Below are positions 25,632 to 34,692 of a stretch of DNA of 35,610 nt, in pieces (position 1 is the first letter of the stretch; each line of letters begins with the position of its first letter). The stretch is from Candidatus Hadarchaeota archaeon. Its GTDB lineage: Archaea > CAYQAE01 > CAYVLA01. The translations under genes and the position numbers were made by a program. A model generated the notes under the pieces. It did no database searches and had not been told where the DNA came from. It worked only from the letters and a program-made list of their open reading frames with translations. The stretch lies in the NCBI GenBank assembly GCA_964452145.1, contig CAYVLA010000023.1, positions 1 through 35,610 of the forward strand. The letters are read 5' to 3'.

Positions 25632-26996
25632 GTGAGTCAGACGTCGAATGGAGACAGCAAGCATCCGGTGCTGACCGTCCGAAGCTGGTCGGGTATCGAA
25701 TCCGAGGTCACAGGTTTCTTCAGGACCGAGGAGAGGGATGGGGTCTGGTGGCTCATCGATCCAGAGGGGAAGGGCTTCTATGTCATCGGGACTGACCACG
25801 CCAACTTCAAAGGGCACTTCTGTGAGAAGCTGGGTTACGCGCCGTACAACTCGGCCTGCACAGAGAGATACGGGGCGATAGAGCCATGGGCTGAGACAAC
25901 GGTCGCCAGACTCCTGAAGTGGGGATTCAACAGCCTTGGGTGGGGACACTCCCCCGAGCTGCGCCACCGAGGCCTTGCACACACGGAGTGGCTTGATCTG
26001 GGTACGAACTACGCCAAGCTGGATGACATCTCGCCCCAGACTACATGGACCGGCTTCCCGAACGTCTTCAGCCCGCACTTCGGCCGATTCTGCGACGAGA
26101 GAGCAAGGTCCCTTTCCAAGCACAAGGAGGACCCCTGGCTCGTAGGCCACTTCATCGACAATGAGCTGGAGTGGTACGGCAAGACTCGACGGGAAACCGG
26201 TCTGCTGGATGACACCATGAAGAAGGGTCCCGACCATCCGGCGAAGATGAAGCTTGTGGAGTTCCTTGGTGAAAGATACGGAAAAGTGGGCAGACTGAAC
26301 ACGTCATGGGGTCTGAGCCTGGGATCCTTCGAGGATCTTCTCTCGCTGACACAGATGCCGCCCGTGACCCAGGCAATGGAACAGGATTCGCAGAAATTCC
26401 TCCAGATGATCGCTGAGAGATATTTCTCGGTCACAACATCGGCGATTCGCAAGCACGACCCCAACCATCTCGTGCTGGGCTGTCGCTTTGCAGGACGGGC
26501 CCCTGGGCCAGCATGGCAGATGGCTGGAAGATACTGTGAAGTTGTGAGTGTGAACTGCTATCGCAAGCTCGATCTGGCCAAGGGAACCATGGCCGACGGA
26601 TTCGAGGGCGACCTGAGGAACTGGTATTCCCTCACCGGGAAGCCGCTCATGATCACCGAGTGGAGCTTCCCCGCCTTGGACGCCGGCCTGCCGTGCAGCC
26701 ACGGAGGCGGCCAGAGGGTCGCGACCCAGAAGGACCGAGCCCAAGCCTTCACCGTTTTCCAAACGCTGCTGTTTCGCACCCCCTTCATAGTTGGATCGAA
26801 CTTCTTCATGTGGGTTGATGAGCCCGCCCTGGGCATTTCGAGCTCTTTCCCTGAGGATTCTAACTACGGCCTTGTGAACGAGAAAGATGAGCCGTATGTC
26901 GAGCTGACCGAGGCAGCCTCCGAACTCAACCCCCGGGTCTACTGCTTCCGCTTGGGTGCCACGGGATCTGTTGAGAGGCGGTCGAAGAAGACCTGA
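25632..26996 (+). CDS. Clan GH-A glycoside hydrolase, GH50 (beta-agarase)-like
   Basis: TGFFRTEERDGVWWLIDPEG, WGFNSLG, FPNVF, DPWLVGHFIDNEL (acid/base), DPNHLVLGCRF, KPLMITEW (nucleophile) and EDSNYGLV motifs; no signal peptide. Start is GTG 25632 or ATG 25617. Confidence 0.85.
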   Translation: MSQTSNGDSKHPVLTVRSWSGIESEVTGFFRTEERDGVWWLIDPEGKGFYVIGTDHANFKGHFCEKLGYAPYNSACTERYGAIEPWAETTVARLLKWGFNSLGWGHSPELRHRGLAHTEWLDLGTNYAKLDDISPQTTWTGFPNVFSPHFGRFCDERARSLSKHKEDPWLVGHFIDNELEWYGKTRRETGLLDDTMKKGPDHPAKMKLVEFLGERYGKVGRLNTSWGLSLGSFEDLLSLTQMPPVTQAMEQDSQKFLQMIAERYFSVTTSAIRKHDPNHLVLGCRFAGRAPGPAWQMAGRYCEVVSVNCYRKLDLAKGTMADGFEGDLRNWYSLTGKPLMITEWSFPALDAGLPCSHGGGQRVATQKDRAQAFTVFQTLLFRTPFIVGSNFFMWVDEPALGISSSFPEDSNYGLVNEKDEPYVELTEAASELNPRVYCFRLGATGSVERRSKKT

Positions 26997-27168
26997 GATC
27001 GGCCATCGCATTCCAGTCGGCCTCATCAGATATCCTTCGCATCCCCGCACCTCTTGAGAATATCCGGGGAGTGATCCTGCTGCCCCTTGCCTGACCGGCG
27101 AAAGCGGGCGGGCGGCGGCGGGCGGCAAAAGCCATAAGAACCCCTTTGTGCATGAGTCATAGGGGTGA

Positions 27169-29265
27169 ATGCTGCTGTTCAGGGGCATCGTGCAGGCGGT
27201 CTTGCTCCTCCTGTTGTGTAGCTTCCCGATCTTGGCGGCGCTTTCGACCGGGAGCGGCACCGAGGCTGCCTGCGAGCTGAGGGTCCTCGTCATTAGAGCT
27301 CCAGAGAGCCCCGACATGGTGGTGTACTTCACAGAGAACGAGGCCCATAGGCTGAACGAGGCGACTCGGTGGTTGCTGGATCTGTGTGGGATGAGATACG
27401 ATGAGATCGAGGCTGCGGATCTGACCCGCGACCTTCTGTACGACAAACAGGGCCTGGCCTACTCGGTCGTCGTGGACAACGGGAATCGCCTCGATGCCGT
27501 CGGGAAGGATTCCATTCTCATCGAGGCTGTGAAGACCCACGGCCTGGGCCTGGTGATGCACACCGCATCGGTGGCCTATGTCTGCCAGGAGATGAATCTT
27601 CTGGAGATAGTGGACAAGGGCTGGAAGGATCGCAGGGTCTGGGGCGAATTCTCCGTCACCGACTCGACCCACTACATAACCAGGCTTCTCTACGCTCCCA
27701 TCGAACATGTGACCCACAATCTTGTCGGCCACCCGATCACCACTGATGCCTACGTCCACAAAGTCGAGATGCTCGACCTAAAGACAGAGGGATGCTTGCT
27801 GGCCAGCGTGGTGGAGCCACCGGAGGTCTACCCCGTCGCGCCAGAGGTAGTGGCCAAGGAAGTAGGGGCGGGACGGATCGTCTGGTTCGCCCGTCCCTTC
27901 GATGTCTATCTCCGTGCGAGTTACTACTTTGTTGAGAGAGACCACATGATGGCCTTACTGCTGGCCCGGGCGATTGAATGGGCCTCAAGGGATGGGGTTA
28001 TGATATCCAAGTGGCTCTATCCAAGCGGCTCGTCGTGTGCCCACGCCATCATCATGGACGGATACTACGACTACCCTCCGCCAGGCTATTTTCTGCAAGT
28101 AACCCCTCCGGACTCCCTGGGGGACCTGGTGCAGAGCTACGGCATCGTTGAGGACTTCCTCTCGCACCTGGGCCAGAGATACACCGCTTGTGTGATCTTC
28201 CGCAACAACTCGACACGGGGCTGGGACGCCGGCTACAACCTGATGCAGTGGGAGGCCGGGCAGGAGGCTTTGCGACAAGTCATGGCCAAGGGCAACCAAC
28301 TCGCCATGGCGGCCTATGACTTCCTCAACTACGGCGCGATGGCGGGGTCGCCAAACGGCAGGGCGGCCGCGGTGGCGAACCTGAGAAACGGAAGGGAGGC
28401 CATGGCAAGAATCCTGGGGGTTGATAATCCAGTCTACATCTTCAGCTACGTGCCCGACCTTATGATCACCGAGGATGTTCTCTACGAAATGGCATCCGAA
28501 GCCGGGTTCGATATCATGGTCGGCGGGATATACAAGGTGGACTTTCCCTACGACCTATACGGCTCCATCTATCCATACTGCCTGGTAAGGGATGTTGGCG
28601 GGACCCGGGAACTTGGCGGAGTGGTGATCGAAAACAACTTCTTCTTCGACTCCATCACCGAGGAGGGCGACATGTACTACGCCAGTGATGTGTACAGGCT
28701 CCACGGAGCGCTTGTAGCCAGAGTCTGCCCCTGGCAGATCTACGACCGGGAGGACGTACTCCTGCGGCTGAAGCGCCACATAGAGCGTACCCGCACGGAG
28801 GAGAATGTGTGGTGGACCACCGTCGGAGAGCTAGGCCAGTTCACTCTGCAGAGATACGATGTCGAAATCTCGGGTAAGTCCTACGACTGCGGCAGGAAGA
28901 TCGTCATCACGGTCGTCAACAACGGAGAGAGGGCCGTGGAGGGCTTCACAGTGAGGGTCAAACTGGAGGATAACAGTGCACCCACCAGCTGGGGAACGGA
29001 ACCCATGGAGATCGTGGAGATCACTCGGGACAGCAGCAGACTCGAAGAGGGACGCAACTGGGCCCTAGGGGACATGTTCTCGGGCCACCCCGGCTCGGTC
29101 CTGATCTGGACCGATCTTGGCCCTGGGCAGCAAGTCCGTTTGGAGGTGACGGCATCGGGGGGCAGGACCCAGATAGGCGAGACTGCGATGCCCGTCCTCG
29201 CCCTATTAGCCCTGCCGCTTGCCGCGATCCTGAGAAGGATGAGTAGTAGAAGGACCTTCAATTAG
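27169..29265 (+). CDS. Secreted surface protein with NodB/polysaccharide-deacetylase-like domain and C-terminal anchor
   Basis: Signal peptide; WLYPSG..AHAIIMDG and NVWWTTVGEL bracket a NodB-like barrel; Ig-like ITVVNNGERAVEGFTV; ends in IGE + TM helix + RR. Confidence 0.65.
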   Translation: MLLFRGIVQAVLLLLLCSFPILAALSTGSGTEAACELRVLVIRAPESPDMVVYFTENEAHRLNEATRWLLDLCGMRYDEIEAADLTRDLLYDKQGLAYSVVVDNGNRLDAVGKDSILIEAVKTHGLGLVMHTASVAYVCQEMNLLEIVDKGWKDRRVWGEFSVTDSTHYITRLLYAPIEHVTHNLVGHPITTDAYVHKVEMLDLKTEGCLLASVVEPPEVYPVAPEVVAKEVGAGRIVWFARPFDVYLRASYYFVERDHMMALLLARAIEWASRDGVMISKWLYPSGSSCAHAIIMDGYYDYPPPGYFLQVTPPDSLGDLVQSYGIVEDFLSHLGQRYTACVIFRNNSTRGWDAGYNLMQWEAGQEALRQVMAKGNQLAMAAYDFLNYGAMAGSPNGRAAAVANLRNGREAMARILGVDNPVYIFSYVPDLMITEDVLYEMASEAGFDIMVGGIYKVDFPYDLYGSIYPYCLVRDVGGTRELGGVVIENNFFFDSITEEGDMYYASDVYRLHGALVARVCPWQIYDREDVLLRLKRHIERTRTEENVWWTTVGELGQFTLQRYDVEISGKSYDCGRKIVITVVNNGERAVEGFTVRVKLEDNSAPTSWGTEPMEIVEITRDSSRLEEGRNWALGDMFSGHPGSVLIWTDLGPGQQVRLEVTASGGRTQIGETAMPVLALLALPLAAILRRMSSRRTFN

Positions 29266-29269
29266 GGTG

Positions 29270-30679
29270 CTAGGCTGCCTTCGCCTTCTTCGACCGTCGA
29301 ACCGCACCCTTGGCCTTCCTCCTGTATTCCTCGGGAAGGTACTTCCTCACCATGCCCTCCATCTCATCGTAGGATATGGCCGTTGTTCGCCCGTGCAGGT
29401 CGTACTGGTCCTTGACCCACCTCATTATCTTGACGAGCTTGGTTTTCTTTATCCTGTCATGTCCTTTCAGGCCTAGGTAGTCGTTGACCCAGTAGTAGAC
29501 ACCGTCCGCCCCGCTCTTGTCCGTGATTGAGACGGTGGGCGGCCGGTTCAGCAGGGCCGTTGTGTCGAAGATGTTGTAGACCCTCTCGTCCTTGCAGAGC
29601 CCCAGTGCATGTATCCCCGCGCGCGTCATGTTGAAGTCCTTTCCCACGAAGGGATAGTTCCTGGCCGGGGGCGTGCCGATGGTCTCCTCGAAATATTTCG
29701 CGATGTCGGTGATCGCGGCTGTGTCGATCCCGCACCTGTCGCCCATGAGGGATATGTACTCCATGATCGCCCCCTCAAGGGGCGGATTACCCGTCCTCTC
29801 GCCGAATCCCAGCAGCGTGGCGTTGACGGCATTGCACCCATAGAGCCAGGTCGTGACGGCATTGATGTGCACCTTGTGGAAGTCGTTGTGTCCATGCCAC
29901 TCCAGCCTCTCGGGCGGAATCCCGCCCTCGCGCGTCATCTTGTATATCAGCTTGGGGATGCTGCGAGGCAGCGGAACGCCCGGGTATGTGAGGCCGAATC
30001 CCATGGTGTCGCACAGCCGCACCTTCACCTTCATCTCATCCGGTAGGTCCTGGGAGATCCGGGCCAGCTCCTGAACAAACGGGACTACGAAGCCGTCGAT
30101 GTCCGCCCGGGTGACGTCCTCAAGATGGCATCGCGGCCTTATGCCGGCGTCTATGGCGGCCTTGACGACATCCAGGTACTGCTCCATCACCGTCCTGCGA
30201 TCCTTCCCGAGCTTGTGGTAGATGTGGTAGTCCGAGCAGGACGTCAGCAACCCGGTTTCGCGCAGCTCGAGCTTCCTGATCCAGTGCAGATCGCCCTTAT
30301 CAGCCCTTATCCACCCCGTTACCCGCGGGTAGTCGTACCCCAGATCCCTGACCGCCGAGACCGCCTGCCTGTCCTTCTCGCTGTAGACGAAGAACTCCGA
30401 CATTCGGACGACTCCCTTCGGCCCGCTCAGGCGGGACAGCAGTTTGAAGGTGTCAACTATCTGCTCCACGGTGTAGGGCGGCCTGGCCTGCTGCCCGTCC
30501 CTGAACGTGGTGTCGGTGATGTGGAGGTCCCTCTTGACGGCCTCCCTCGGGTCGAACTTGATGAGCTTGTCGTCGATCTCCTCGTATATCTTCCCGGTGA
30601 ACAGTATTCGGGGGGGCAGCGAGTGGGGAAAGGTGTCCTCCAACAGGTTGGGCTGATCCACATCTTTTGGGCTATCCAT
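29270..30679 (-). CDS. Re-citrate synthase-like enzyme (DRE-TIM metallolyase; LeuA/homocitrate synthase superfamily)
   Basis: ITDTTFRDGQQARPPY, SEFFVYS, VTGWIRA, SCSDYHI, RCHLEDVTRAD, EWHGHNDF, GERTGN and TRAGIH motifs. Confidence 0.88.
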   Translation of the reverse strand: MDSPKDVDQPNLLEDTFPHSLPPRILFTGKIYEEIDDKLIKFDPREAVKRDLHITDTTFRDGQQARPPYTVEQIVDTFKLLSRLSGPKGVVRMSEFFVYSEKDRQAVSAVRDLGYDYPRVTGWIRADKGDLHWIRKLELRETGLLTSCSDYHIYHKLGKDRRTVMEQYLDVVKAAIDAGIRPRCHLEDVTRADIDGFVVPFVQELARISQDLPDEMKVKVRLCDTMGFGLTYPGVPLPRSIPKLIYKMTREGGIPPERLEWHGHNDFHKVHINAVTTWLYGCNAVNATLLGFGERTGNPPLEGAIMEYISLMGDRCGIDTAAITDIAKYFEETIGTPPARNYPFVGKDFNMTRAGIHALGLCKDERVYNIFDTTALLNRPPTVSITDKSGADGVYYWVNDYLGLKGHDRIKKTKLVKIMRWVKDQYDLHGRTTAISYDEMEGMVRKYLPEEYRRKAKGAVRRSKKAKAA

Positions 30680-30959
30680 GCCGTCCGGCCCTCCGTAGAA
30701 AGCACCGTTGAATGCTCGTCCTTTTTACGCTTTCCACAGATGGATGGATCGGACCCAAGCCCCGAGCTATGGACGTCGCACCCTCCATTGGATGGCAGCT
30801 CATCATACAGACATCCAACGAGCCAAGCATCATTGGTTGCTCCGAACACTTCCTCTACATTGGCAGCAAGACCGACTGAATTGGAAAGGCCCAAACCCTT
30901 AAGTGGCGGAGCCGCACTGCTAATCTCTCCCTTTGGCGTCGTGTCAGACGGTGGAGAAG

Positions 30960-33203
30960 ATGGGAATGCCGCCCGTTGACGAGAAGGCTTGCTTCAGAAG
31001 ATTGCTGGGGGCAATGTTGCTCCCCCAGGCTATGACGGGGCAGTTCCAGCCGGGGAGGCTGGCCACCCAGATCCGGGACGACTTGGAGAAGATAAGGAAG
31101 ATGGGCTTCAACACGGTCTACCTCTTCGACATCACAAGGCATCCCGATCTGGGCACAACCTACTCCCAGCTGTGGTATCCCGAACATGCCCCTGAAACCA
31201 TGGAACCGCTGTCCTTTGACCCGAGGCTTCAAGACGAGATCGAGAGGGGCTTTGCGAGCGTGTTCAGGCTGGCCAGGAATGAGGCGCTGAAGGTGATCCT
31301 GGCGATATGTTACAACATCCCACCCCAGTGGCTCTGGTCGAACCTCGATGCAGCCAAGAGGAGGTCGGACGGATCCCTGCACTACACCGTCTACTACCAC
31401 GAGTGCTTCAGAAGCGAGAAGGTCAGGCGGTACACCAGAGGCCGCCTCAAGCAACTGTTCGATAAGTACGGCGAGGACCATGAGTTCCATGATGCGCTGG
31501 CAAGGTTCAGCATCATGGGTAACGATGCATGCCTAGACGAAGGCGGGCAACCAATCTTCGTGATCCACAACGATACTGTTGACAGGGGCTTCTGCTACTG
31601 CGAGACATGCCGCAGGGCGTGGGGCAATGAGTTCCTGCCCCGCATCTACAGGGACATAGACAGATTCAACGCCACCCACAACACCGGATACACATCCTTT
31701 GAAAAGGTCCCGCTCCCTGCGGACCGTGGAAACGAACGGCTCTGGTACGAACTCAGCCAATTCTTCACCGAGGGTCTGATGGGCTGGATGCGTGTCGTGA
31801 AATCGGTTGTCGATGAGCACATGCCCGGTGCCCTGCTCTCCATCGTCATGAAGTATCCTAGGTCGTCCTGGGCGACCGAGTACCCCGATTGGGTCCAGGT
31901 GAGCAAGCTCTGCGACGTTCTCTTCATGGATCCCTATCCGATGGAGTCTGGCGACAGGTGGAACATAGCAGGGTACGCCTTCGACTTCGAAACATATCGC
32001 TCCATATCCCTGATCACGGGAAAACCGATAATGTGTCAGTTCCAGCTTGCGTCAAGCTACAGCGACTACGATATGAAGGCGGTCAGATCACCCACTGTAA
32101 AGGAGGTCCTCCAGCAGTTCTACGTGGCGATAGGTAGGGGGACGAGGGGAATGGTTTGCTGGGGCCTCCCGCCAGGCATCGCCGATGATGATCATCCGGA
32201 GACGCGGCTGGACGAGAAGGAGGCAATCCGGGCGGCCGCCCGCATCAACCGTGAAGCCAGGAGGCTCTTCCTCGCATCCGAGGATACCAGAGAGGTCTAT
32301 GGACAGATCATGCTACCCTATAACTACCCAAGCATCATCCGGGACGAGGAAAGCCTACGGGAGCTCTTCGAGCTGTACCGCTTCCTCTCGAGGATGGGAC
32401 TCTCCGCCAACCCCACATACGCCGACTTCGTGCCGCTAATGGCCGACCACTCCCACAGGTATCAAGCCATGGTGGGCTTCAGCTCTCTGAGGAATGTGAG
32501 GAAGGATCATGCAGAAGGCTTGGCTGCGTGGATCGCGGATGGCGGAATGTTGATGTGTGGCCGGGACTCCCTGATGGTGGATGCGATGGGAGATGCGGCA
32601 GTCCTCCAGGGCTTCAACAAGCAGATTAGAGGCTCCCAGGAAGCCGGTGAGGGAGCGGGGGGCGACCTGCAGATGATCCAGGAGGGGACCTGCCCTTCCA
32701 AGATCGGTCCGCATTCCGGGTCCAGATCGGTCGCCGCAATCAAGGCGATCGTCGGAGATGTCGCTGCAATGCGGTCCGGGGGCAGGGGCCGCACCACCGT
32801 AGCCAGGGAGTTTGGTCAAGGGCTGGTGGTCCGAACGGGGGTCGTGGCCGAGATGAACCTCGAGGACGCAGCAGTTTCGGGCATTATACAGGCCTTTGCG
32901 GAGAACTTGCCGAGGCGGCCGATCCAGGTCAACTCCCACGATGCTGATGTCGTCTTCTGCCTCAGACAAGGCAGAGACCTGATCGTCTACCTCGTCAACA
33001 ACGAACCGCATCCGTCACCGATCACTGTGCAGCTATGGCCGGAGTCTCTCGGAATCAAGGCAGACGGGGGATTCGCCCTCGCCGAAGCCATGACACAGGA
33101 AGAGATCCCATTGCCGCATACTTGCCATGGCGGCGTGGTGTGCTTCTCACAGACGCTGCCACCATTGGCATCCCGGGCCATAAGGATATGTCCCAAACCA
33201 TGA
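30960..33203 (+). CDS. GH42 beta-galactosidase-like protein with atypical catalytic positions
   Basis: DDLEKIRKMGFNTV, PPQWL, FCYCETCRRAW, FNATHNTGYTSFEKVPLP and DPYP motifs; trimerisation-like WIADGGMLM; REFGQG. Confidence 0.8.
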   Translation: MGMPPVDEKACFRRLLGAMLLPQAMTGQFQPGRLATQIRDDLEKIRKMGFNTVYLFDITRHPDLGTTYSQLWYPEHAPETMEPLSFDPRLQDEIERGFASVFRLARNEALKVILAICYNIPPQWLWSNLDAAKRRSDGSLHYTVYYHECFRSEKVRRYTRGRLKQLFDKYGEDHEFHDALARFSIMGNDACLDEGGQPIFVIHNDTVDRGFCYCETCRRAWGNEFLPRIYRDIDRFNATHNTGYTSFEKVPLPADRGNERLWYELSQFFTEGLMGWMRVVKSVVDEHMPGALLSIVMKYPRSSWATEYPDWVQVSKLCDVLFMDPYPMESGDRWNIAGYAFDFETYRSISLITGKPIMCQFQLASSYSDYDMKAVRSPTVKEVLQQFYVAIGRGTRGMVCWGLPPGIADDDHPETRLDEKEAIRAAARINREARRLFLASEDTREVYGQIMLPYNYPSIIRDEESLRELFELYRFLSRMGLSANPTYADFVPLMADHSHRYQAMVGFSSLRNVRKDHAEGLAAWIADGGMLMCGRDSLMVDAMGDAAVLQGFNKQIRGSQEAGEGAGGDLQMIQEGTCPSKIGPHSGSRSVAAIKAIVGDVAAMRSGGRGRTTVAREFGQGLVVRTGVVAEMNLEDAAVSGIIQAFAENLPRRPIQVNSHDADVVFCLRQGRDLIVYLVNNEPHPSPITVQLWPESLGIKADGGFALAEAMTQEEIPLPHTCHGGVVCFSQTLPPLASRAIRICPKP

Positions 33204-33331
33204 TCGCGAGGTCGATCGACTAGGCAGCGGTCGGGTCCCCGATCGGACGAGGAGGGGAATGCGTATCTTCTCCCGAAGACGAGTAGCAGTTCGAGAATGA
33301 ACTAGTATTTCCATGAGCGATATCCGAACCG

Positions 33332-34492
33332 CTATGCCCGATTAGATAGCGTGACGTTCGAGAACACCACGCCCTGACAGTGCCTGCAGAGAATCGCATC
33401 TTCACCAGAAGTCTCGATCACGATATCGGCGAACCGCACGTCGCGAATGATCGTCTCCGCGCAGCCGATCACCTGGCAGGGTGCCCCGCTCTTGATCCTG
33501 AAGTCAGAAAAGCCTAGCCCCGACAATCTTTGCAGCGCTATGCCATCTTCCACAAAGACCTTGATCGGCGCCTTCTCGCAGTTAATCACTGCGTGTGAGA
33601 ACGAGACGTCGTGAACGTCCACCGCCTCTCCCCGCAATGAGGCCAGATAGCGCTTCGGATTCTCAACCAGAATCCCGTTGTTCGCGCTGTTTATGGTCAG
33701 GTTGCTGAATGTGCAGCTGCGAATAACGCTGTCACTTGGGCAGCCGACGCGTACGCCCTGACACCAGCTGTCTAGCACACAGTTGTTGATCGCGATGTTC
33801 TCGCACACTCCCGGGGTATCAAACATCTGCTGGATCGCGCGCAGGACCAGACAATCATCCCCGGTCTTGATGATGCAATCGCTCACAGTTACATCTCTAC
33901 AAGAATCCAGATCGATACCGTCATTGTTGATCATCCTCTGATCGCCGTAGATCCGCAGGCGATGGATCTGGACACGTTCGCACTTCATCAGCCAGAAGGT
34001 CCAGCAGGGCGAATCGACGAACGCCGCATCCTCGAACCTTACATCTCGACATCTGTAGAGCATGACCATCCGAGGCCGTGGTGTAGGGGGCTTGCGGAAG
34101 AACCGTCCTGGCTTGTCGTCGGTGTTGTAGAATGCCAGCCCCGATCCGTTGATCTCCCCCGGCCCCGTGATCGCGATGTCCTCGGCATCGATCGCCCGAA
34201 TCAGGCTCTCAGTACAATGCTCGGGAGCGTGCTCCGGCCGGAACCCGGCAGCCTCGAAGACCTCGTAATCCTCCAGACGACGGCTGCCTATCAGCCTGCA
34301 GCCGGGCATCAGGTGAAGTTCTACGTGGCTCTTCAGCAACAAGGAGCCCGTCAGGTAACTCCCGGGTCCGCAGACAACGCGCCCCCCGCCAGATGCGTTG
34401 CAGGCATCGATCGCCCGTTGAATGGCGGCCGTGTTCAGCGTCCTGCCATCCGGTCGAGCTCCATATGCCGAGACATCAAAATCGTTTTGCAT
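33332..34492 (-). CDS. GH28-like (polygalacturonase family) beta-helix glycoside hydrolase
   Basis: YGARPDG..NTAAIQRAIDAC, YLTGSLLLKSHVELHL, ITGPGEING, DSPCWT, NNDGID and TGDDC motifs. Confidence 0.9.
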   Translation of the reverse strand: MQNDFDVSAYGARPDGRTLNTAAIQRAIDACNASGGGRVVCGPGSYLTGSLLLKSHVELHLMPGCRLIGSRRLEDYEVFEAAGFRPEHAPEHCTESLIRAIDAEDIAITGPGEINGSGLAFYNTDDKPGRFFRKPPTPRPRMVMLYRCRDVRFEDAAFVDSPCWTFWLMKCERVQIHRLRIYGDQRMINNDGIDLDSCRDVTVSDCIIKTGDDCLVLRAIQQMFDTPGVCENIAINNCVLDSWCQGVRVGCPSDSVIRSCTFSNLTINSANNGILVENPKRYLASLRGEAVDVHDVSFSHAVINCEKAPIKVFVEDGIALQRLSGLGFSDFRIKSGAPCQVIGCAETIIRDVRFADIVIETSGEDAILCRHCQGVVFSNVTLSNRA

Positions 34493-34692
34493 GTGCCTTC
34501 CGTCCGCCTGGGTGACATCCGTCGTCCAGCGATGCTGAAAAAGGACACGCCAATTTTGGGCTCGGATGAAGCCTGCGTCGCGCTCCCCATCGCGGACCGC
34601 CCCGATATCCCCTCGACGCGGAGTATTCGCCCGACTGGTTACGATTCTTGCTGCCGTAAGAGCTTTCTTGCCACGCAGAGATAGCGGTGGTC

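Noticed and set aside
26991..27070. Hammerhead-ribozyme-like core on the minus strand (stem, CTGATGA, GGCC...GGCC stem II)
   Set aside because: The invariant GAAA after stem II reads GATC, there is no NUH cleavage triplet before stem I, and no stem III forms.
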